Shown one piece after another: positions 1-10,022 of a stretch of DNA of 64,000 bases (position 1 is its first letter; every line of letters starts with the position of its first letter). The position numbers and the translations under genes were made by a program. The notes under the pieces were generated by a model. The model was not told the DNA's origin. It searched no databases and saw only the letters and a program-made list of their open reading frames with translations. The stretch spans positions 2,112,001-2,176,000 of the forward strand of contig OY781089.1 of assembly GCA_963676565.1 (NCBI GenBank), written 5' to 3'. The DNA is from Halarcobacter sp. (GTDB taxonomy: Bacteria > Campylobacterota > Campylobacteria > Campylobacterales > Arcobacteraceae).

Positions 1-570
1 TAAAGAACTTCTTTCTGCATTTAATGATGTAGAAGAACCATGACCTGGGAAAATTCTAATATTTCTATCCCATTTTAAAACTTTATCAATACTCTCTTTC
101 ATGCTTTGGGGACTTGAAAAAGGAAAATCTGTTCTGCCAATTGAATTTTGAAAAATAAAATCTCCAGAAAATAGATTATCATCAATCTCAATTGCAGAAC
201 AACCTGGCGTGTGACCTGGGAAATGGTGAAATTTTACTTTAACTCCATCAAAATCAAACTCTTCATCGGGTTCAACTAATACATCTGCACTTGATGGTGT
301 CATTCCAAATCCATAGGGATCTTTTTGTAACATAAAGTTATCATCTTTTGGAGTATAGATTTTTAAACCTAACTCTTCACTAACTTGCTTGTTAGACCAC
401 ACATGATCAAAATGGCCATGTGTATTTAAAATCGCAACTGGATTTGTAACATTAGCCTTTACCCAATTAGTTGCTCCCACTCCTGGGTCTATAATAAAAT
501 CTTTATTATCAACACTTATTATGTAACAATTAGTTTGGTAATCTCCCATAGGCTGTATTTTAATTCCCAT
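1..570 (-). CDS. MBL-fold metallo-hydrolase (glyoxalase II-like), 3' end outside window
   Basis: Not in ORF track. Manual translation from ATG at 570: MGIKIQPMGDYQTNCY...IIDPG...LNTHGHFDHVW...FPGHTPG...FSGDFIF...PGHG. Contains the HxHxDH motif. Confidence 0.9.
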   Translation of the reverse strand, partial: MGIKIQPMGDYQTNCYIISVDNKDFIIDPGVGATNWVKANVTNPVAILNTHGHFDHVWSNKQVSEELGLKIYTPKDDNFMLQKDPYGFGMTPSSADVLVEPDEEFDFDGVKVKFHHFPGHTPGCSAIEIDDNLFSGDFIFQNSIGRTDFPFSSPQSMKESIDKVLKWDRNIRIFPGHGSSTSLNAERSSL

Positions 571-640
571 ATTTTTCCCTATAAATTTTAACTTTCATTT
601 TGTTATTATAGTATATATTATTAAGGCTGTAAGGAAGTTT

Positions 641-1459
641 ATGAATTATTATGAATCATTAGAAAAAGTGATATTATCAAAGAATCCTAAGGATAAGATT
701 GATCTTTTTGAACAGTTTTATAAAAATTATAAAGAAAAAAAATTATATTTTGAAAATACATATGTACCATATGACTTAATTAAGCCTTCATACAATGATA
801 TTTTAAAGATAGTTCTACCTAAAGAAGTTAAAAAAACTAAATATGTAAACACTAAAGAGGGTAAGATAATTTTACTTCATACCATTGCACATATAGAATA
901 TTCTGCAATTGATATGGCCTTAGATGCTGCTCTAAGATTTAAAAATATGCCAATAGAGTATTATGAAGATTGGTTAGAAGTTGCTCAAGATGAGATAAGA
1001 CATTTTTTAATGCTAGAAAAATTATTAATTGAACTTGATTCATATTTTGGTGATTTAGAAGTTCATACGAATTTATTCGAAGCTCTTAAAAAAACTCCAG
1101 ATATTCTTTCGAGAATGGCAATTGTACCAAGGTATCTAGAAGCAAATGGTTTAGAACAGAATCCGAAAATTATGGAAAAATTAAAATCAAACCCCGATGA
1201 GTTTAATGAGAAAATAATTGATGCTTTAGAGATAATTTTAGAAGAAGAGGTTGATCATGTATCTAAAGGGGATAGATGGTTTAAATATCTTTGTAAAGAA
1301 AAGAATCTTGATGTTGAAACAAAATATTTTGAAATTTTAGAGAATATTTATCCAGGCTCAACAACAAAAAAATATGAATTAAATATTGAGGCTAGGAAAA
1401 AAGCAGGTTTTTCTTGCGATGAGTTGAAATTTTTATCTAAAAAAGATGATTGTAATTAA
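641..1459 (+). CDS. ferritin-like domain protein (DUF455 family)
   Basis: LHTIAHIEYSAIDMA, DEIRHF, LEANGL and EEVDHV di-iron ExxH-type motifs. Confidence 0.85.
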   Translation: MNYYESLEKVILSKNPKDKIDLFEQFYKNYKEKKLYFENTYVPYDLIKPSYNDILKIVLPKEVKKTKYVNTKEGKIILLHTIAHIEYSAIDMALDAALRFKNMPIEYYEDWLEVAQDEIRHFLMLEKLLIELDSYFGDLEVHTNLFEALKKTPDILSRMAIVPRYLEANGLEQNPKIMEKLKSNPDEFNEKIIDALEIILEEEVDHVSKGDRWFKYLCKEKNLDVETKYFEILENIYPGSTTKKYELNIEARKKAGFSCDELKFLSKKDDCN

Positions 1460-1460
1460 T

Positions 1461-1489
1461 GATATAAAAGAGATAATCTCTTTTATATC
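1461..1489. terminator. bidirectional intrinsic terminator-like hairpin
   Basis: Perfect inverted repeat gatataaaagaga-taa-tctcttttatatc between convergent genes. Confidence 0.7.
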
Positions 1490-1502
1490 TTAAGATTTGT
1501 AA

Positions 1503-2723
1503 TTAAAATTTTGCGTTTGGAATAGGGTGATTCTCAACTACAAAATCGATATCTTTATCTCCACGACCAGAAAGATTTATTAATATAGTTTTATCTTTTG
1601 GCAGTTGACGTGCAAGTTTCATTGCAAATCCAACTGCGTGTGCTGATTCAAGTGCAGGAATAATCCCTTCAAGTTGTGATAATTTATAAAAGGCATCAAT
1701 AGCTTCTTTATCATCACATAAACCAACTTTTGTTCTACCAATATCTTTTAAGTGGGCATGCTCAGGACCAACTGATGGGTAATCAATTCCAGAACCAATT
1801 GAATATACAGGAGCAGGCTCTCCATTTTCATCTTTAAGCATTATAGAGTTAAATCCATGCATAATTCCCTCTTCACCATAAGTTAAGGTAGCTGCATGAT
1901 CTCCAAGTTTTTCACCTCTTCCCATTGGCTCAACACCATATAAGTTTACAGAATCTTCATCAATAAAAGGTGCAAATATTCCCATGGCATTTGAACCCCC
2001 ACCTACACAAGCAACAATATTATCTGGCATTGCACCATTTTCATGTTCTGCAAATTGTTCTTTTGCCTCAATTCCAACTATACTTTGAAAATCTCTAACC
2101 ATCATAGGAAAAGGATGTGGTCCAACAACTGAGCCAATACAGTAAATGGCAGTATCAGCTTGTCCCACATAAGATTCAAAAGCAGAATCAACAGCCTCTT
2201 TTAAAGTTTTTAATCCATGGGTAGCTGGAATTACTTTAGCTCCTAGAATCTTCATTCTTACAACATTTGGATGCTCTTTTGCTATATCAACTTCACCCAT
2301 GTGTATTTCACATTCTAATCCAAAATAAGCTGCAGCTGTTGCAAGGGCAACTCCATGTTGTCCAGCTCCTGTTTCAGCAATAACTTTTTTAAAGCCCATA
2401 TGTTTTGCTAAAATAACTTCAGCCATACAATGGTTTAGTTTGTGTGCTCCAGAATGGTTTAAATCTTCTCTTTTTAAATAGATTTTTGCACCACCACAAT
2501 ATTCGGTTAAATTTTTTGCATATGAGATAGGAGTTGGTCTTCCTTGATAGTGTTTTCTAACATATTTAAGATCTTCAATAAATTTTGGATCATTTTTTAA
2601 TTCATTGTATGTTTGTGTAATTTTAGCAAAAGGTTCTTCTAGCATTGGAGGTATGAAAGATCCTCCGAATTTACCAAAAAAACCTTTTTCGTCAGGGTTA
2701 TTTTCTAGATAGTTTGATGACAT
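1503..2723 (-). CDS. trpB: tryptophan synthase beta subunit (stand-alone, no adjacent trpA)
   Basis: [12 protein letters not shown] (PLP lysine), [41 protein letters not shown]. Confidence 0.95.
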   Translation of the reverse strand: MSSNYLENNPDEKGFFGKFGGSFIPPMLEEPFAKITQTYNELKNDPKFIEDLKYVRKHYQGRPTPISYAKNLTEYCGGAKIYLKREDLNHSGAHKLNHCMAEVILAKHMGFKKVIAETGAGQHGVALATAAAYFGLECEIHMGEVDIAKEHPNVVRMKILGAKVIPATHGLKTLKEAVDSAFESYVGQADTAIYCIGSVVGPHPFPMMVRDFQSIVGIEAKEQFAEHENGAMPDNIVACVGGGSNAMGIFAPFIDEDSVNLYGVEPMGRGEKLGDHAATLTYGEEGIMHGFNSIMLKDENGEPAPVYSIGSGIDYPSVGPEHAHLKDIGRTKVGLCDDKEAIDAFYKLSQLEGIIPALESAHAVGFAMKLARQLPKDKTILINLSGRGDKDIDFVVENHPIPNAKF

Positions 2724-2814
2724 ATAATTTCCTTTTTTGTTCTTTTTAAGTGCAAAGAACTTTTAGTAAAGGAAATTATAGAAGATTATTTTTTAAATGT
2801 TACTTTTTCAGTTA

Positions 2815-3945
2815 CTATTTAAACCAGTTTTTAACTTTATCAAACATAGATTCAAAACTACTTTCGTGAGGTTTACTCTCCACACCAAAGCTTTCTTGTA
2901 GTTTTTCTAATAATTCTGTTTGTTCACTATTTAATGATTTTGGATAATTAATTTTAACTTGCACAATTAAATCCCCTTTACCATAACCTTGAACAGATTT
3001 AACCCCTTCACCATGGAATTTAAATTGCTCTTTATCTTTTGTTCCTGCAGGAATTTTTAAATCAAGTTCTCCCCTTAACCCAGGAATTTTTATCTCAGCC
3101 CCAAGGGCAACTTGTGTAAAGAAAATAGGTACTTCAAGATAGATATCATCATCATGTCTAACAAAATGAGAATCCTCTTTTACTCTAATTTGTAAGTATA
3201 AATCTCCCCTTGAACCATCTGGAGCTATATTACCTTTATTTGATACTCTGATTCTATTCCCGTCGTTTACACCTTCTGGAATATTAACTTCAAAAGTATC
3301 TTTTATTTCATCGTAACCTAAGCCATTACATGAGCTACATTTATCACCAACTGATTGGCCTGAACCATTACAGTGTGGACAAGTTTGAGCAAAGGTCATA
3401 AACCCTTGTCTCATATGAATTTGACCTTGACCTTGACAGTGTGGACATGTACTTAGTTTACCATCTTTTGCACCAGTACCCTTACAAGATTTACAGGCAT
3501 TTTTATAGCTATATTTAACCTCTTTTTGACAACCAAATACAGCTTCATTGAATTCTACTACTAATTCAACAGCAATATCTAAATTGTAGTTATAAGTTTT
3601 TCTTTCTCTTCTTCTTGAGCTTCCACCAAAGCCACCAAAACCAGAGCCACCAAACATCTCTTCAAAAATTGAACTAATATCTTCAAAGCCTCCAGAAAAG
3701 CCTCCACTACGACCATGACCTTCTAAACCAGCTTTACCATATCTATCGTAAATTTGTTTTTTCTCATCATCACTTAAAACTTGATAAGCTTCATTTACAG
3801 CCTTAAATTTTTCTTCAGCTTCAGTATCATCAGGGTTTTTGTCAGGATGATACTTCATTGCCATTTTTCTATATGCTTTTTTTATAGTACTTTTATCAGC
3901 ATCTTTAGTAACTTCTAATAATTCATAATAATCTACTTCAGTCAA
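2815..3945 (-). CDS. dnaJ: molecular chaperone DnaJ
   Basis: J domain with HPD, G/F-rich region, four CxxCxGxG repeats. Confidence 0.97.
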   Translation of the reverse strand: MTEVDYYELLEVTKDADKSTIKKAYRKMAMKYHPDKNPDDTEAEEKFKAVNEAYQVLSDDEKKQIYDRYGKAGLEGHGRSGGFSGGFEDISSIFEEMFGGSGFGGFGGSSRRRERKTYNYNLDIAVELVVEFNEAVFGCQKEVKYSYKNACKSCKGTGAKDGKLSTCPHCQGQGQIHMRQGFMTFAQTCPHCNGSGQSVGDKCSSCNGLGYDEIKDTFEVNIPEGVNDGNRIRVSNKGNIAPDGSRGDLYLQIRVKEDSHFVRHDDDIYLEVPIFFTQVALGAEIKIPGLRGELDLKIPAGTKDKEQFKFHGEGVKSVQGYGKGDLIVQVKINYPKSLNSEQTELLEKLQESFGVESKPHESSFESMFDKVKNWFK

Positions 3946-4020
3946 TTACTAACTCCTTATTTAATTTTTAAATTTCGCGATTTTATCTAAAAATCCATTA
4001 ATCTTTGATATAATTCGCCA

Positions 4021-4593
4021 ATGAAAAAAGGTTTAGAAAAATTTTATGATTTAGTTGATGCTTTTGAGTCTTTACCAACTATTGGGAAAAAATCAGCAAT
4101 TAGATTAGCTTATCATATTGTTATGAATGATTCTTATACGGGTATTAAAATAGCTCATTCTATAGAAAATGCTCTTAAAAATATACAAAGATGTATCAAA
4201 TGTGGCTCTATGAGTGAACATGAGATTTGTGAAGTGTGTTTGGATGATAGAAGACAAAAAAACTTAATGTGTATTGTTCAAAGTGCAAAAGACATTTTTA
4301 TTATTGAAGAGTCAAAACAATTTGATGGTTTATATTTTGTTATTGAAGATTTAGACCCTGATTCTATAGATAGACTTTTATCTTTTGTGGCTGAAAATGG
4401 TGTTAATGAGATACTTTTTGCTATTACCCCATCTTTGTCAAATGATGCATTTATTTTATTTATTGAGGATAAATTAAAAGATTTAAATATAAAATTTAAT
4501 AAAATTGCTCAAGGTGTACCAACTGGTGTAAGTTTAGAAAATGTTGATATTTTATCTTTATCAAAAGCAATTCAAAGTAAAGTAAATATTTAG
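4021..4593 (+). CDS. recR: recombination mediator RecR
   Basis: LPTIGKKSAIRLA HhH, C4 zinc finger, Toprim-like C-terminus IAQGVPTG. Confidence 0.93.
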   Translation: MKKGLEKFYDLVDAFESLPTIGKKSAIRLAYHIVMNDSYTGIKIAHSIENALKNIQRCIKCGSMSEHEICEVCLDDRRQKNLMCIVQSAKDIFIIEESKQFDGLYFVIEDLDPDSIDRLLSFVAENGVNEILFAITPSLSNDAFILFIEDKLKDLNIKFNKIAQGVPTGVSLENVDILSLSKAIQSKVNI

Positions 4594-4764
4594 ATGAACA
4601 AAATATATTGCCAAAAATGTATATATTATTATGTAACTTGGGATCAAAAAAAGCCCCATGGATGTAACGCTTATGGTTTCAAATCCCAAACAATTCCTTC
4701 TGTTGTAGTCAAAAGAAGTAGTGGAATGGACTGTTCTTTTTTTAAATTGAAGAACAATAAATGA
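4594..4764 (+). CDS. 56-aa cysteine-rich small protein (putative metal-binding)
   Basis: Not in ORF track. MNKIYCQKCIYYYVTWDQKKPHGCNAYGFKSQTIPSVVVKRSSGMDCSFFKLKNNK. ATG abuts the recR stop and the stop overlaps the next gene as ATGA. Confidence 0.8.
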   Translation: MNKIYCQKCIYYYVTWDQKKPHGCNAYGFKSQTIPSVVVKRSSGMDCSFFKLKNNK

Positions 4765-6263
4765 CTCTAGTTTATACAAAAAAACATATAGAAATTTTTG
4801 AAAATAATATTATTACTATTATTAGATATTGGATAGGGAATGAAGAGGTTTTAAACCTACTTAGAAGATATGAAATTGATATAAAGTTTTTTGTAAAAGA
4901 GTTTGCTTTAGGAATTATTAGATATTTTCTTAAAATTTTTGAAAATACTACTTTTATTGGAGCTTGCCCAGTAATTGATAAATTAATAGTATATTTAAAA
5001 AATGAAGGTACAACCTCAAAAGATCTTTTTATTTTATGTAATGGCTTAAAAAACTCTTTTGAAAAAATAAGTTTCGAGTTTAATATTGCAAATAAGCAAT
5101 TGTTTGAAGAGTTTAATTATGTACATACCAAAAATTTTACTTCAATTTTAGATAAATATAATAACTCATTTTCAAGTATAAAAAGAAAACTTGATAAAAC
5201 AAGTGATATTATAGATAGATATGTAATCACTTCTAGAATATCTGCAAAGGGTAAAATCCTATATGCTTCTGAAGCCTTTTCTAATATTTCTGGTTTTTCT
5301 AAAGAGGAATTAACTGGGAAATATAATAATATATTAAAACATATTGATATGCCAAAAAAATTCTTTACAGAGTTTTATAATTTAATAAAAGAGAAAAGTA
5401 GTTTTTCTGGTGAAATTAAATGTTTGAAAAAAAATGGTAGCTTCTACTGGGTTGATGTTTTAATCTCTCCACATTATGATAATAACAACGAGTTTATGTA
5501 TTTTGATTTACTTTCTCACAACATCACTTCAAGAAAAAAACTTCAAGAGCAAAAGAAAATGTTGGTTGAACAATCAAAACTTGCTGTTATGGGAGAAATG
5601 ATCTCAATGATTGCCCACCAATGGAGACAACCTTTACAAGCTGTATCAATAATGTCCCAAAAAATATTGATAAATAAAAGCCTTGAGGGTGAAGTTAGTG
5701 AGGAGTTTTTAGAAGAAACCATAAATAATATAAATACTCAATTAGATTATATGAGTAAAACTATTGATGATTTTAGAGATTTCTTTTTGCCAAACAAAGT
5801 AAAAGAAAAAACTAGTATTGAGTTTATTATTAACAAGGCATTAGAATTTGTTTCTTACTTAATAAAGAATGACTCAATAGATATAAGTATTGAAAAAAGT
5901 ACTGATGCCCAAATAGAATTATTTGTTAATGAGATAGTTCAAGTGATTATAAATATTATAAAAAATGCCAGAGATGTTTTAGAAGAGAGAAATATTGAAA
6001 ATAAACAAATCAAAATAAGATATTTTCAAGAGGAAAATTTTTTAGTTATAGAAATCGAAGATAATGCTGGTGGAATAAGTGATGATGTAATTGAAAAAAT
6101 ATTTAATCCATATTTTTCAACAAAAGATAATAAAAATGGTACAGGTCTTGGTTTATATATGTCTAAAACAATAATAGAAAAACATAGTTCAGGTATTTTA
6201 GCTGTTCAGAATACTAAAAATGGAGCGATGTTTATAATAAAAATACCAATAAATAATCTTTAG
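4761..6263 (+). CDS. cytoplasmic PAS-domain sensor histidine kinase
   Basis: PAS/PAC (YASEAFSNISGFSKEEL...KNGSFYWV), H-box IAHQWRQPL, N/G1/F/G2 boxes (DNAGG, GTGLGL), no obvious TM segment. Confidence 0.9.
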   Translation: MTLVYTKKHIEIFENNIITIIRYWIGNEEVLNLLRRYEIDIKFFVKEFALGIIRYFLKIFENTTFIGACPVIDKLIVYLKNEGTTSKDLFILCNGLKNSFEKISFEFNIANKQLFEEFNYVHTKNFTSILDKYNNSFSSIKRKLDKTSDIIDRYVITSRISAKGKILYASEAFSNISGFSKEELTGKYNNILKHIDMPKKFFTEFYNLIKEKSSFSGEIKCLKKNGSFYWVDVLISPHYDNNNEFMYFDLLSHNITSRKKLQEQKKMLVEQSKLAVMGEMISMIAHQWRQPLQAVSIMSQKILINKSLEGEVSEEFLEETINNINTQLDYMSKTIDDFRDFFLPNKVKEKTSIEFIINKALEFVSYLIKNDSIDISIEKSTDAQIELFVNEIVQVIINIIKNARDVLEERNIENKQIKIRYFQEENFLVIEIEDNAGGISDDVIEKIFNPYFSTKDNKNGTGLGLYMSKTIIEKHSSGILAVQNTKNGAMFIIKIPINNL

Positions 6264-6346
6264 AAATACTATTTTTACGGGTTTTTGACTCCATTATAAT
6301 TTAATAAAAATATTGTATACTTATATAGACTATTTTTGGATATATA

Positions 6347-8968
6347 ATGAATATTAAAATTAAACTTGTACTCTTCTTTCTTTTGGTAAAAGTAATCCCT
6401 GTGCTTTTTATTTTTTATATTGCACTAAAAGGTGCTGAAGAATTAAATGTATATATAAAAGATCATATCTCACAAACCTCAAATACAAATAGTAAGATTT
6501 TAGAAGAAACTACAAATAGTGCCTTAACCGATACCATTAAATATTTAGATAAAAAATCACAAGAATCTTTAGAAAAAATGACATATCAAATATCTAATAA
6601 CATCGCTAACTTTCTTTATGAAAGGGATAAGGATTTACTTTTTTTATCATCATTACAACTAGATAACAATGTTTTAAAAAATTTTTATGATAGTAAATTT
6701 TTAAATGTTATAGCAACTCCAGAATATTTTTATGACGAAAAAAAATCTATTTGGATAGAAAAAAATGGATTAGAAAAAAAACTAAGAGATAAAAATGCTT
6801 CTAATTTAAAAGATAACCAAAAAGAATTTAATTTTGTTGATCCAATAAATTATAACTACACAAAAAAAGCAATATATAAAGAGATAAGTTTTTTTGATTT
6901 AGATGGTAATGAAAAATATAAATATTCAAAAATAAATCAAAATAAATTGAATGTTTTCAAGAAAGAGAATACATATTTAAAAGCAGAAAATTATAAAGAA
7001 GAGATTGAAAAATTAAATGAGGGTGAAATTTATGTTTCTGAAGTTATTGGAGAATACGTACCATCAAAGATAATTGGTACTTTCACAAAAGAAAAAGCTT
7101 TAAAAAACAATATTGAATTTAAACCTGAAACCCATGGTTTTGCTGGAAAAGAAAATCCTGTAGGGAAAAAGTTTGATGGTATTATTAGGTTTATCACTCC
7201 TGTTTTTAAGAATAATGAAAAAATAGGCTTTTTATCTTTTGCCTTAGATCATTATCATATTATGGAGTTTTCAGACAAGATAAACCCTGTATCTAAAGAA
7301 ATTAAACAAGTAATCGCAGATGCAAGTATTGGAAATTATGCTTTTATATGGGATAACCTTGGACGAAATATCTCTCACCCTAGAGATTATTTTATAGTTG
7401 GATTTGATAAGAATACAGGAAAAAGAGTAATGCCTTGGTTAGAGTTATCCCTTGCTCAAGAGTTTAAAAAGTCAGGAAAAGAGATAAATGATTTTTTAGA
7501 AAATTATACCTCTTTTAAAAATCAAAGTCTTAATAAAAAGCCAAATATCGAACAATTAAAACAGGATGGAAATGTTGGTCTTGATTGTAGATACTTAAAT
7601 TTTGCACCACAATGTGAAGGATGGATGCAATTAACAAAAAATGGTGGATATGGTTCATTTATAATATTTTGGAGCAATGTATGGAAATTAACTACAGCCT
7701 CTGCAATCCCTTATTATACAGGTAAATATGGAAAATCAAAGAGAGGTTTTGGATTTGTAACCATTGGTGCAAATGTTGATGAATTTCATGCCGCAGCAAA
7801 TAAAACAAAAGACAAGATTAAAACTATAGTTAATGAACAAAAAAATGTTTTAGAAGCTAATAAATCAAAGAGTGAAGAGATTATCTCATATTATTTAAAA
7901 GGATTGATTAATGAACTTTCAGTAAGTACAATAATTATGATAATAATTGTAATCTTTTTAGCAATTTGGATGTCAAATTTTATTAGTAGAAAAATAGATA
8001 ATTTATTGATTGGAACAAAATATTTTGCCCAAGGTAATTTAGATTATCAAATTGAAGAATCTTCTAATGATGAAATTGGACAATTGGAAAAATCATTTAA
8101 TAATATGAATAAAAAGATAAAATCATTAATTAATGAACAAAAAGAACTAAATGAAAGTTTAGAAAAAAAGGTTAAAGAGGAAGTTTTAAAAAACCTAGAA
8201 AAGGAACAAAAACTAGCACAACAATCAAAATTAGTTTCAATGGGCGAGATGATTGCAAATATTGCTCACCAGTGGAGACAGCCTTTAAGTGTTATTTCCA
8301 CAAGTATTAGTGGTGTTAAGTTAAACCTTGAATTTGATATGCTTGAAAAAGATCAAATAGAAAGGTGTATTTCAAATGTTGAAAAACAAACAAATTACCT
8401 TTCAAATACTATTGATAATTTTAGAAGTTTTATTAAAGGTGACAAAACCTCTAAAGAGATTAGTTTAAAAGAGATTTTTGATTATACAAACTCTTTATTA
8501 AGTGCAACACTATCAAATTCATATATAAATGTTGTTATGTCAATTGACGAAAATATTATTTTTATGGGAAATAAAAATGAAATTTCTGAAGCATTTATAA
8601 ATTTAATCAATAACTCAAAAGATGTATTAGTATCTAAATATAAAGAGGATGAAGAAAAAATCATTTTTATTAAGTCAAATATTATAAATGAAACAAGTTT
8701 GGAGATTAAATTTTATGATAATGGTTTGGGAATTGATGAGGGTATAATTGATAAAGTATTAGAACCATATTTTACTACAAAACACCAGTCAATTGGTACT
8801 GGCTTAGGTCTATCAATGGTTGAAAAAATTGTTAGAGAAAAATATCATGGGGAAGTACATGTTGAAAATAAAAAGTTTGAATATGATGGTAAAGAATATT
8901 TTGGTGCATGTTTTACATTGGTATTTAACAATGTAATAAAATCTAAAATAAATGATAATAAAAGTTAA
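6347..8968 (+). CDS. membrane sensor histidine kinase with large periplasmic (Cache-like) region and HAMP domain
   Basis: Two TM segments, HAMP (DEIGQLEKSFNNM), IAHQWRQPL, DNGLG, GTGLGL. Confidence 0.9.
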   Translation: MNIKIKLVLFFLLVKVIPVLFIFYIALKGAEELNVYIKDHISQTSNTNSKILEETTNSALTDTIKYLDKKSQESLEKMTYQISNNIANFLYERDKDLLFLSSLQLDNNVLKNFYDSKFLNVIATPEYFYDEKKSIWIEKNGLEKKLRDKNASNLKDNQKEFNFVDPINYNYTKKAIYKEISFFDLDGNEKYKYSKINQNKLNVFKKENTYLKAENYKEEIEKLNEGEIYVSEVIGEYVPSKIIGTFTKEKALKNNIEFKPETHGFAGKENPVGKKFDGIIRFITPVFKNNEKIGFLSFALDHYHIMEFSDKINPVSKEIKQVIADASIGNYAFIWDNLGRNISHPRDYFIVGFDKNTGKRVMPWLELSLAQEFKKSGKEINDFLENYTSFKNQSLNKKPNIEQLKQDGNVGLDCRYLNFAPQCEGWMQLTKNGGYGSFIIFWSNVWKLTTASAIPYYTGKYGKSKRGFGFVTIGANVDEFHAAANKTKDKIKTIVNEQKNVLEANKSKSEEIISYYLKGLINELSVSTIIMIIIVIFLAIWMSNFISRKIDNLLIGTKYFAQGNLDYQIEESSNDEIGQLEKSFNNMNKKIKSLINEQKELNESLEKKVKEEVLKNLEKEQKLAQQSKLVSMGEMIANIAHQWRQPLSVISTSISGVKLNLEFDMLEKDQIERCISNVEKQTNYLSNTIDNFRSFIKGDKTSKEISLKEIFDYTNSLLSATLSNSYINVVMSIDENIIFMGNKNEISEAFINLINNSKDVLVSKYKEDEEKIIFIKSNIINETSLEIKFYDNGLGIDEGIIDKVLEPYFTTKHQSIGTGLGLSMVEKIVREKYHGEVHVENKKFEYDGKEYFGACFTLVFNNVIKSKINDNKS

Positions 8969-9031
8969 TTGCAGAAATAAAGTAATTTTTTTGTAAAATA
9001 AGCTTTCGCATACGAACTTTAGGAGTGATAA

Positions 9032-9955
9032 TTGTTATATAAAGAATTGAAAGAAAGTATTAGAACATTAGGTTTTTTAACAATAGAAGATTTTGTACAC
9101 TATATTGGAGTGACTCCAGCAGATATACTTGAATGGGAAGAAAAAGATGAAATCCCTTATACTGTTTCACTTATTATTCATCTTCTAAAAGGAGATGTTG
9201 ATTTACCAAATAATTCTGCACTTGATAACCTTGTAGAAGAGTGTTTACCTTTGGCTGAATTATTAGAAGAAGCATCATCTTTCCCTCATAAATTAGAAGA
9301 AATGTTTTTATTACAAAAACAATTGAATGATTCTACAAATGGTAAGAATTGGGAACTAGGGCAAAATAAATATGGAAAAGAGATTAATTGGCTTAGATGT
9401 ATCCATATGGAAGTTGCTGAATTAATTGAATCAACACCATGGAAACACTGGAAAAATATTAATGCAGCACCAGATATGAATAATATTCATGTTGAGCTTG
9501 TTGATATTTGGCACTTTTTAATGTCTTATATTTTACAAGAAACAAATGTACCAAAAGCTGTTTCTTTAGTAAATACTCATTGTATATATGAGGCTGTAGA
9601 AATAGAAGATATTGATGTAAAATTGATGGTAAAAGAGGCTGAAAAATTATCATATATCTCTTTAGCTATTGAAACTGGAAATATGCCTTCATTTAGTGGA
9701 GTTGAAAGATTTATTGATCAATTCTTTAGATGTTGTAAAATCTCTGGTTTATCTTTTATGTGGTTACAAAAACTATATATTGGTAAAAATTGTTTAAATA
9801 AATTTAGACAAGATCATGGATATAAAGAGGGTACTTATATAAAAGAATGGAATGGTGATGAAGATAATGTAGTTATGGTTTCTGTTTTAGAAGATATGGA
9901 AAATGTTAGCTTTGATGAACTTTATGAAGCATTAAATAAAAACTATCCTGGTTAA
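9032..9955 (+). CDS. dut: dimeric (all-alpha) dUTP diphosphatase with N-terminal HTH-like extension
   Basis: QKQLND, EVAELIESTPWKHWK, VELVDIWHF, KNCLNKFRQDHGYKEG, EDN are Campylobacter-type dUTPase motifs. Confidence 0.88.
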   Translation: MLYKELKESIRTLGFLTIEDFVHYIGVTPADILEWEEKDEIPYTVSLIIHLLKGDVDLPNNSALDNLVEECLPLAELLEEASSFPHKLEEMFLLQKQLNDSTNGKNWELGQNKYGKEINWLRCIHMEVAELIESTPWKHWKNINAAPDMNNIHVELVDIWHFLMSYILQETNVPKAVSLVNTHCIYEAVEIEDIDVKLMVKEAEKLSYISLAIETGNMPSFSGVERFIDQFFRCCKISGLSFMWLQKLYIGKNCLNKFRQDHGYKEGTYIKEWNGDEDNVVMVSVLEDMENVSFDELYEALNKNYPG

Positions 9956-9980
9956 TTAAGTAATAGTAAACTCTCAACTA

Positions 9981-10012
9981 AAGAAGTTAAGAAAAACTCT
10001 TCTTAACTTCTT
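9981..10012. terminator. bidirectional terminator-like hairpin
   Basis: 13-bp perfect inverted repeat aagaagttaagaa-N6-ttcttaacttctt between convergent genes. Confidence 0.7.
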
Positions 10013-10022
10013 AATCTTTTAA

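Noticed and set aside
4561..4779. 72-aa minus-strand ORF from the track
   Set aside because: It is the antisense shadow of the better supported plus-strand Cys-rich ORF at 4594-4764.
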